This document shows, one piece after another, positions 1 to 6,450 of a stretch of 15,934 nt of DNA. A program made the translations under genes and the position numbers. Source of the DNA: a virus. Its lineage: Duplodnaviria > Heunggongvirae > Uroviricota > Caudoviricetes. The first letter of the stretch is position 1. The number at the start of each line of letters is the position of its first letter. The notes under the pieces are model-generated. The model was given only the letters and a program-made list of their open reading frames with translations, ran no database searches and was not told where the DNA came from. The stretch lies in IMG/VR virus record IMGVR_UViG_2724679239_000005. The stretch is one strand, 5' to 3'.

Positions 1-1329
1 ATGAGGTTTGGGTACATTGCTTTGGGTACACCCCCTATTCAAAGTTTGGATATTCGCAAAATGCCAAAACTAACAGACATGCAGATCCGCGCATGGATTA
101 AGAGCGGAGAGCGATTCGAGGGGCGGGCAGACGGTAACGGTTTATACCTACGTTACCGTGAAGCCGACAAAACCCCCACATGGAGATTCCGCTATAAACT
201 CGCAGGGAAGTCCCGCGCCATGCTAATTGGTTCGTATAGCGAGCTATCACTATCAAAGGCCAGAGAGACAGCCAAAGAGCTGTCAGCCAGAGTTGCTCTT
301 GGCTATGACGTAGCAGCAGAGAAACAGGAACGAAAAGCTGAAGCACTGGCAAAAATGGAGGCTGAGAAAAACGCCATGCGTGTTTCAGATCTGGCCTCCG
401 AATACTTCGAGCGCCAGATACTTCCGAGATGGAAACATCCCGATATCCTTCGCCGGAGAATTGATAAGGATATTAACCCCTGCATTGGGCATATGAAGGT
501 AGAGGACGTTAAGCCACGCCACATTGACAACATGTTGAAAGGTATCGTTGACCGAGGAGCACCAACGATAGCAACAGATGTATTACGCTGGACACGCCGT
601 ATCTTTGACTATGGGATAAAACGCCACGCTCTGGAGATAAACCCTTGTTCAGCGTTTGAAGTATCTGATGCTGGTGGTAAAGAGGTTTCCCGCGACCGTT
701 GGCTAACTCGCGATGAGCTTATCAGGCTATTCGAGGCTATGCGCACCGCAAAAGGATTCAGCCGCCAGAACGAACTGACATTTAAGCTATTGCTGGCACT
801 ATGCGTTCGTAAGATGGAGTTATGCGCCGCACGATGGGAAGAGTTTGATTTAGATGGTGCGGTATGGCATTTGCCGGAAGAACGCAGCAAAAACGGAGAC
901 CCTATTGATATACCTCTACCTTCTCCTGCCGTTGAATGGTTGAGAGAGCTACACACCTTTTCATGTAATAGCGCATGGGTGCTTCCAGCCAGGAAGATGC
1001 AAAACAGAATGATCCCACATATTCAGGAAAGCACTTTACCCGTAGCACTGGCTAAGGTTCGCGCCGAAATGCCGGATGTGCCTAATTTCACGATTCACGA
1101 CTTCCGGCGTACCGCACGTACTCATTTAGCAGCATTGGGTGTTGATCCTGTCGTAGCGGAACGATGCCTCAATCATCGCATTAAGGGTGTGGAGGGGATT
1201 TATAACCGCCATCAGTATTTTGATGAGCGTAAAGCTGCGCTGGCACAGTGGGCTGATCTGCTGGTGGCACTGGAAAGCGGGAAAGACTACAACGTAACGC
1301 CATTCGATAAAGCCCGGAGGCAAATGTGA
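1..1329 (+). CDS. int: Tyrosine recombinase / phage integrase, P4/CP4-57 type
   Basis: Frame open from ATG at 1. N-terminal arm-type region (KLTDMQIRAW...GNGLYLRYR...WRFRYK) and C-terminal catalytic motifs HDFRRTART and LNHRIKGVEGIYNRHQY, typical of tyrosine recombinases. The likely true start is ATG at 61 (MPKLTD...), because the first 60 nt carry DNA-level direct repeats and encode no integrase-like residues. Confidence 0.9.
   Translation: MRFGYIALGTPPIQSLDIRKMPKLTDMQIRAWIKSGERFEGRADGNGLYLRYREADKTPTWRFRYKLAGKSRAMLIGSYSELSLSKARETAKELSARVALGYDVAAEKQERKAEALAKMEAEKNAMRVSDLASEYFERQILPRWKHPDILRRRIDKDINPCIGHMKVEDVKPRHIDNMLKGIVDRGAPTIATDVLRWTRRIFDYGIKRHALEINPCSAFEVSDAGGKEVSRDRWLTRDELIRLFEAMRTAKGFSRQNELTFKLLLALCVRKMELCAARWEEFDLDGAVWHLPEERSKNGDPIDIPLPSPAVEWLRELHTFSCNSAWVLPARKMQNRMIPHIQESTLPVALAKVRAEMPDVPNFTIHDFRRTARTHLAALGVDPVVAERCLNHRIKGVEGIYNRHQYFDERKAALAQWADLLVALESGKDYNVTPFDKARRQM
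7..30. repeat. 10-bp perfect direct repeat TTTGGGTACA x2 (7-16, 21-30), 14 bp centre to centre
   Basis: Read directly. The 14-bp offset is not a multiple of 3, so the repeat is DNA-level rather than a peptide repeat. GGTACA resembles the iteron core found downstream of the primase. Confidence 0.3.
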
Positions 1330-1976
1330 ACAACATCTTGAGAAAATCGCCAATCGAACGGCTTTGTTCATCTGTATCGATTACCCCTCATGAAATGGCT
1401 GTGGCCTTGGCTGGCCTAAACCCATCTATGCGCATTAGCGATGTGCCTGAGGAAAATTTCGAATATGTCGATTTTGTCAGAACTCATCTTGCCAGAGCTA
1501 TCAAGGTGTACAGAGGTGAAAAAACTAGTAAAGACGAGCCTTGCCATGCCCTTGATATTTTCTTAGCTTCTTACCCATTTATTGACACAAATACACCAGA
1601 AATAATTGTTCAGAAAATATCAGAAGCGATTGATGATTTGCGTGGCACCAAGGGCTGGGAAGAAAAAGCCCGAAACCTTGGAGGACTCCAGTTAGTAAAC
1701 TACATCAAAGAAACCAACCGCAGCGGACGTGGGCAGCATAGAAAGCAGGATGAGGAAAACGGGACAATGAAAATGATGGGGTTGATAGTACATCTGCTGA
1801 TAAAAAAATCAGGCTCATCTTCCTACATCCAAAATGGGAAACCTAATCGCACAGCTATATACCGTGACATAGAAACCTTAATCAAGGATGAAGGGATATC
1901 CCATAAAGGAATAGCAAAAGCCACATTCCTAGAAAAAATCTCACGGGCTTTATTAGCTGTCCACGATCTCGACTAA
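1326..1976 (+). CDS. Hypothetical protein, 216 aa, GTG start overlapping the int stop (GTGA); alternative ATG start at 1395
   Basis: Six-frame ORF. 4-bp overlap with the int stop suggests translational coupling. Visibly more AT-rich than int. No motif recognised. Confidence 0.5.
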   Translation: MNNILRKSPIERLCSSVSITPHEMAVALAGLNPSMRISDVPEENFEYVDFVRTHLARAIKVYRGEKTSKDEPCHALDIFLASYPFIDTNTPEIIVQKISEAIDDLRGTKGWEEKARNLGGLQLVNYIKETNRSGRGQHRKQDEENGTMKMMGLIVHLLIKKSGSSSYIQNGKPNRTAIYRDIETLIKDEGISHKGIAKATFLEKISRALLAVHDLD

Positions 1977-2333
1977 TCACTTTTCACGCCCCTCCAAAGC
2001 AATGGCGGGGCATTACCTGTTTACCCATCTCCACCAGCATAGATAATTCTAGCCTAGCCATTGCTATATCTGTTCGGCTTAGTTCATCTGTAATCACCCC
2101 ATCTCTAAAAGATACGCCAGCTATCATTAGCCATTTTAAGCCATCATGAGCCATTATAAACCGACTCAACCAATTGAATAATAAAAGATAAAAAGAAATG
2201 TAAAAACATGATGAATGACGATGAAAGATATAACTCTTTGATAAAACAATGATTTTTTAAACTGGTAACTAATTGAAAATAAAGAAAATAATTATCCCAC
2301 CTGCATTTGCAATCTTTCAGTGGATCGGTATTT

Positions 2334-2366
2334 TTTCAATAGATTTATAATTTCTTTCAATAGATT
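2334..2366 (+). promoter_or_regulatory. Candidate operator/promoter upstream of alpA: 12-bp direct repeat TTTCAATAGATT (2334-2345, 2355-2366) flanking a TATAAT hexamer (2346-2351)
   Basis: Read directly in the very AT-rich 470-bp gap. Repeats are 21 bp apart (about two helical turns) with a consensus -10 hexamer between them. No good -35 at 17 bp. Confidence 0.3.
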
Positions 2367-2446
2367 CTAGTCTTAATAGAAATACTGTATGGGCAACCAC
2401 TAAACTTTAAGTAACTTCATGAGCTATCAGAGAGGTTACTAGAGAT

Positions 2447-2665
2447 ATGACAGCACACAAGCCAGCATCATCAGCTATCCCAACAACTGGATACATCCGT
2501 CGCTTTCGCATGCCGGAATTGCTAGGTGTTTCACTGCCTACTATTGATAGATGGGTTAAAAATGGCACTCTTCCACGCCCAGTGAAGCTAACAGATAACG
2601 TGACTGCGTTTGATGCGGTGGAAATTAATAACTGGCTGGCAGAACGCCGCGGGAAGGTGGCCTGA
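2447..2665 (+). CDS. alpA: AlpA/Vis-family phage transcriptional regulator (small HTH, excision activator type)
   Basis: 72 aa. Segment MPELLGVSLPTIDRWVKNGTLPRPVKL matches the AlpA-family helix-turn-helix pattern. RBS AGAGG/GAGAT upstream of ATG 2447. Position after int and before the replication genes is typical. Confidence 0.85.
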   Translation: MTAHKPASSAIPTTGYIRRFRMPELLGVSLPTIDRWVKNGTLPRPVKLTDNVTAFDAVEINNWLAERRGKVA

Positions 2666-3096
2666 TGGAAAAGAAAAACCGCCCATTACAGGCGGCTAAT
2701 TCAGATATTCGCGTATCTGATGTTACGCCCCTTACAAAATCCCTTCAAGCACCAAAGCGCACACCGAAAAAGCATCGTGCCAGAGTCTATATGCTGCGTA
2801 CTGGTATAGAGGGATGGACAGAAAATGACATTCTTCGCTACTGCCGTCTGTCTTCTGGTCGTAACTATGCAACAGAGTTAGAACGCCAGCTTGGAATCAC
2901 TCTGGAGCGTATCGACGAAAAGAATCCTGATGGTATCGGAACACACCTTCGCTACCGTTTCTCCTGCCGTGGTGATGTTCTGAAAGTGATCACTCATGTT
3001 AACCATCTTGCGAACATAAATGATCACAACGGACTTTCTCAGCAGGAAATTGCCGACATTCTGAAACTCTACCCGAACGCGTTTAACGCCGCCTAA
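2665..3096 (+). CDS. Hypothetical protein, 143 aa, basic N-terminus
   Basis: ORF start overlaps the alpA stop by 1 nt (TGATG), indicating coupling. No recognisable motif. Confidence 0.6.
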   Translation: MEKKNRPLQAANSDIRVSDVTPLTKSLQAPKRTPKKHRARVYMLRTGIEGWTENDILRYCRLSSGRNYATELERQLGITLERIDEKNPDGIGTHLRYRFSCRGDVLKVITHVNHLANINDHNGLSQQEIADILKLYPNAFNAA

Positions 3097-3108
3097 CGGA
3101 GACTGAAA

Positions 3109-3942
3109 ATGAACATCGAAAAAAGCAGATTAATTTCTGAGGCCGCCCCTCATCTGAACGCCTCTCTGGGCACAATTAACGGTAATGAATTTGCCGCAAT
3201 TGTCCCGGTTATTCCTGGTCATATCGGTGGGCGTGAAACCAATATTGTTAGCGCAAAAGCGTTACACAAAGCGTTGGGCGTGGGAAAAGACTTCTCTACA
3301 TGGATCACTGATCGCATCTCTGAATATGACTTCACCATTGGGCACGATTACTCAGTCCATAAAACAATTTCCCCAAATTTGGGGAAAAGCCCGAATGGCG
3401 CGGCTTACAGCAAGATTAAGCAGTCTGGCAGACCCGGCAAAGACTATCTGTTAAGTGTCGGAATGGCGAAAGAACTGGCAATGATCGAACGCAATGATCA
3501 GGGTCGCGCTATCCGTCGTTATTTCATCCAGTGCGAGGAAGAATTACAGCGTAGCGTGCCTGAAATCGCCGCCCGCTATCGTCGCCAGCTAAAAGCCCGT
3601 ATCAGTGCCGCAAACAACTTTAAGCCAATGTGCGATGCGCTGAATATGGCCCGTGCCGAGACGGGGAAAACGACGCAGCAACACCACTACACAAACGAGA
3701 GCAATATGATTTCTCGTATCGTTCTTGGTGGGCTAACTGCTAAGCAGTGGGCGCGGATAAATGGCTATTCTGGCGAACCTCGCGACCATATGAACGCAGA
3801 ACAGCTTGAGCACCTCTCATATCTCGAAAGCACCAATATCACGTTAATTGATATGGGCATGGAATATGAGCAGCGCAAAGGAGAACTCACCCGCCTGTCG
3901 CAACGCTGGCTCGCCAAGCGTCTGGAGGCGGTCCATGTTTAA
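3109..3942 (+). CDS. Phage antirepressor-like protein with AntA/AntB-type N-terminal domain
   Basis: 277 aa. Motifs SAKALHKALGVGKDFSTWITDRISEYDF and KDYLLSVGMAKELAMIERNDQGRAIRRYFIQCEEEL match the AntA antirepressor domain signature (V.ARDLH...GKDFSTWI...DY.LT.DMAKELAMVER...R.YFI). SD CGGAG 7 nt before the ATG. Confidence 0.75.
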   Translation: MNIEKSRLISEAAPHLNASLGTINGNEFAAIVPVIPGHIGGRETNIVSAKALHKALGVGKDFSTWITDRISEYDFTIGHDYSVHKTISPNLGKSPNGAAYSKIKQSGRPGKDYLLSVGMAKELAMIERNDQGRAIRRYFIQCEEELQRSVPEIAARYRRQLKARISAANNFKPMCDALNMARAETGKTTQQHHYTNESNMISRIVLGGLTAKQWARINGYSGEPRDHMNAEQLEHLSYLESTNITLIDMGMEYEQRKGELTRLSQRWLAKRLEAVHV

Positions 3943-4117
3943 GCCGACAGGAACACCACAACCCCAAAAACGCTACAAAGATGCCCACGGAGCACTCGTT
4001 ACTGTCGAAAGCGTGTCTCACAACCGAGTGACGTTTTATCGCGACGGGTATCAATCGCCATGCGTACAACCGCTGGCACGTTTCATGAAGGAGTTCGCGG
4101 AGGTTAACAAATGCTAA
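3935..4117 (+). CDS. Small hypothetical protein, 60 aa (MFKPTGTPQPQKRYKDAHGALVTVESVSHNRVTFYRDGYQSPCVQ...), possibly DUF4222-like
   Basis: Strong SD GGAGG (3924-3928) 6 nt before ATG 3935. Start overlaps the end of the upstream gene. Domain assignment is from memory and tentative. Confidence 0.5.
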   Translation: MFKPTGTPQPQKRYKDAHGALVTVESVSHNRVTFYRDGYQSPCVQPLARFMKEFAEVNKC

Positions 4118-5187
4118 CCGCCCAGAAGAAGATGTTTTCACTGGCTGGTATGTCGCCAAAATCCAGCAATATGACAGCAAAGTCAGACATTAATACAGCA
4201 GATACAAGCAAAGTTTATCATTTGCTGGTGGTAGGAGCGGGTGCCTTAACTATGTCAGAAATTACGGTCGATGGTGTTAGCGTTGAGAAGGTCAGCGGCT
4301 GCGCCAGAGAATTTCTGGTCGTAGATGACCTGTTCTGCTCGTGTAGTGACTCCACAAAAACATTCGTCCACGCGCGTGACGTTAACGAAATGAGCGCGAT
4401 GTACTGTGCATCTGGTGCTTCCAATAGCGAGTTTTCGGAGTCCATAAAAAAGAGCTTGCCGTTATGCGGCAACACGGTTTATGGTTATAAGGCACCTCAT
4501 AAAACGGGTGCCGGGATTGGCGTCCTGGTAAATCGAATGGCGACATATGACGCGCCGAGCGTCTTTTTTTATGTCGTAGGTCTGACTCACCCATTTTTTG
4601 GGCGTTGGTGTATAATCCAGCGCCTTTGTCAATCAATGGTGGCTCAGGCAGGGGCTTCTTCGGAAGCGCCGGTATCCATTCGAGCCGGTTACGCCAACCC
4701 TGTCTGGGCTACCACCAGCGAAATTGGCGTTTCCGGTGGTAGCGTTACATGCTATCGAATGGAGGCTGCCACATGCTGGCTACTACCCCTACCCAAAAAC
4801 CGCAATTTATCTGGATTATCGCCGCAGTTCGCCGCGATTGCCCGACAATTACCGCCAAAATTCATCATATTGCTGCCGAGTCTGAACGCGATGCTCGCCG
4901 TTCTCTGGTGCGCGATCACGTCTGCTTTTTTGCTGGTCGTATCCGCATGGAGGTGGCACATGATTAAAACCTACGATGTGCATATGGATCCCCTCGAACG
5001 CACAAGCCAGATCATCACACTGACAGAAGTGATTAACGACATTCTGGTGAGCAACTCTCCCTCACGAGACGAAAGACTGAAGGCGTTACTCGCGATATTG
5101 GATCTCGCCGTTCGTGACGTTCATTTCCTGCTGGAAGGTGGCGAAATGCCAGGAAAAACGGGGGCAACCAATGAAGAACTCAATTAA
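4111..5187 (+). CDS. Ash-family-like open frame (358 codons), true 3' extent uncertain; overlaps the Icd-like gene in another frame
   Basis: Strong SD GGAGG (4099-4103) 7 nt before ATG 4111. Contains a segment resembling the Ash-family signature ([26 protein letters not shown]). The frame stays open to 5187 and there are long shadow ORFs on both strands, so the coding extent is doubtful. Confidence 0.35.
   Translation: MLTAQKKMFSLAGMSPKSSNMTAKSDINTADTSKVYHLLVVGAGALTMSEITVDGVSVEKVSGCAREFLVVDDLFCSCSDSTKTFVHARDVNEMSAMYCASGASNSEFSESIKKSLPLCGNTVYGYKAPHKTGAGIGVLVNRMATYDAPSVFFYVVGLTHPFFGRWCIIQRLCQSMVAQAGASSEAPVSIRAGYANPVWATTSEIGVSGGSVTCYRMEAATCWLLPLPKNRNLSGLSPQFAAIARQLPPKFIILLPSLNAMLAVLWCAITSAFLLVVSAWRWHMIKTYDVHMDPLERTSQIITLTEVINDILVSNSPSRDERLKALLAILDLAVRDVHFLLEGGEMPGKTGATNEELN
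4773..4967 (+). CDS. Host cell division inhibitor Icd-like protein, 64 aa
   Basis: Strong SD GGAGG (4761-4765) 7 nt before ATG 4773. Sequence [14 protein letters not shown]...[11 protein letters not shown]...FAGRI resembles Icd-like proteins of P1/P4-type elements as I recall them. Confidence 0.5.
   Translation: MLATTPTQKPQFIWIIAAVRRDCPTITAKIHHIAAESERDARRSLVRDHVCFFAGRIRMEVAHD
4960..5187 (+). CDS. Small hypothetical protein, 75 aa; in-frame internal start of the 358-codon frame
   Basis: Strong SD GGAGG (4949-4953) 6 nt before ATG 4960. Overlaps the Icd-like stop (ATGATTAA). Confidence 0.3.
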   Translation: MIKTYDVHMDPLERTSQIITLTEVINDILVSNSPSRDERLKALLAILDLAVRDVHFLLEGGEMPGKTGATNEELN

Positions 5188-5365
5188 TACCCCTCGCCTT
5201 ACGTCCGCACTTCAATTAATCGAGCAAGCAGCGGCTGTCCTGGTTGCTGTCAGTCTTTCGGCTGAAGAAATGGACGCTGCTGATGTCGTGGATGCGATTA
5301 AAGCGTGCTCATCTTTGGTTAACGATGCCCGTGCCGAGCTGGTAATTCTTGGGGGTGAAAAATGA
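5171..5365 (+). CDS. Small hypothetical protein, 64 aa ([24 protein letters not shown]...)
   Basis: ATG 5171 preceded by a G-rich SD-like stretch. Stop overlaps the next start (ATGA at 5362-5365). Confidence 0.45.
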   Translation: MKNSINTPRLTSALQLIEQAAAVLVAVSLSAEEMDAADVVDAIKACSSLVNDARAELVILGGEK

Positions 5366-5625
5366 ATATCAACTTAATTTATCGTCATCCGTGTGAGCTG
5401 GAAATTGAATCATTGCTGGGGCGCGAAGAGCCATATCCAGACACATTCACTCCCGCAGATTGCGCGACTGAACGGCTTACCAGAGCGCGCACAGGTCTGG
5501 TTCATGTGATGAATGAGATTATTCCCTCGGTGGGAGGGGAACAGGCGACAGTAATCAATAGCTGGCTACAAAAAGTTACCTCCCTGATAGATATCAGTTT
5601 AATCGATGTGGAGAGTGCGAAATGA
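5362..5625 (+). CDS. Hypothetical protein, 87 aa
   Basis: ATGA start/stop overlaps at both ends. SD GGGGGTGA upstream. Confidence 0.55.
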   Translation: MNINLIYRHPCELEIESLLGREEPYPDTFTPADCATERLTRARTGLVHVMNEIIPSVGGEQATVINSWLQKVTSLIDISLIDVESAK

Positions 5626-5843
5626 CCAACATCCAGCTCATTGAAGCGCAATGTCGCATCGAACAGGTTCAGACTGTTTTAGGGTTCTGGCTTGAAGGGG
5701 CCAGCCCCAGCAACAGAGACAAGTTAATGATTGGCGCGGTTATGTCACTGCTCAATGGCGTACCAGAAGCTATTCAGGAAGCAGACGAATTGTTGGGCAA
5801 ATATGAGTTACAGAATCATTCAGGCGAGGCGAAACATGAATAA
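5622..5843 (+). CDS. Hypothetical protein, 73 aa
   Basis: ATGA overlap with the upstream ORF. Its stop overlaps the next start. Confidence 0.55.
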   Translation: MTNIQLIEAQCRIEQVQTVLGFWLEGASPSNRDKLMIGAVMSLLNGVPEAIQEADELLGKYELQNHSGEAKHE

Positions 5844-6438
5844 TTTCTTAACCTTCCATGCAGAAGCAACGCCTGACGGCATAAACATCATGCACCGCAG
5901 CAACGATGGCATGACAGAACGCGTTGAGACCGTCTCATATATTGATGCCGTAAATCGTCTGGATGCCGGGGATTATGACGATAAACCAGATGAAGGCATG
6001 TTTATACATCTCGCTATTGCCAGTGGCGGCAACCAGGGATATTTCGATTACACATCACAGCATCACGTGATTATGTGGCGCTGGCTGATAGCAACAGCAT
6101 TCATCAATGAAATGAGAAAGGAAAACGGCACCGTCAGCATTATTGATGACAGTGGCAATCATTCCGTGGTTTCTGTTTATTCCAATGGCATCGTCGCCAT
6201 GCCGCTGTATCCAGTAGCAGAGCGCCTCGCTATGGCAAACAACATTGAGGGCGCAATGATCGAGAAATATGGTGTTGATGTCGGAACAAAGAATGCCATC
6301 ATTTTTTACAGCAACATGTTCGATGTCGAACAGGGAACACTCACTTCGTTTGGGCGAGAAGTGCTTGCCGATCTTCACAACAGCTTTATTGCCGAACTAA
6401 ACGAAAACGGCATCCCAGAAGCACCAGTGACGCACTAA
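5836..6438 (+). CDS. Hypothetical protein, 200 aa, immediately upstream of the primase
   Basis: ATG 5836 lies inside ATGAATAA, overlapping the upstream stop. Same frame as the 5731 ORF in the track. No motif recognised. Confidence 0.6.
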   Translation: MNNFLTFHAEATPDGINIMHRSNDGMTERVETVSYIDAVNRLDAGDYDDKPDEGMFIHLAIASGGNQGYFDYTSQHHVIMWRWLIATAFINEMRKENGTVSIIDDSGNHSVVSVYSNGIVAMPLYPVAERLAMANNIEGAMIEKYGVDVGTKNAIIFYSNMFDVEQGTLTSFGREVLADLHNSFIAELNENGIPEAPVTH

Positions 6439-6450
6439 ACGGGGGCCAGA

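Noticed and set aside
1984-2169. Minus-strand 61-aa ORF convergent with the 216-aa gene, considered as a small repressor
   Set aside because: No RBS or HTH pattern recognisable and it sits in a regulatory gap. Kept only as a remote possibility.
4598-4616. Sigma70 promoter from the TATAAT at 4611-4616
   Set aside because: The hexamer is perfect, but the only -35-like element (TTGGGC) is 7 bp away and TG directly abuts the hexamer. Mentioned as a possibility, not called as a feature.
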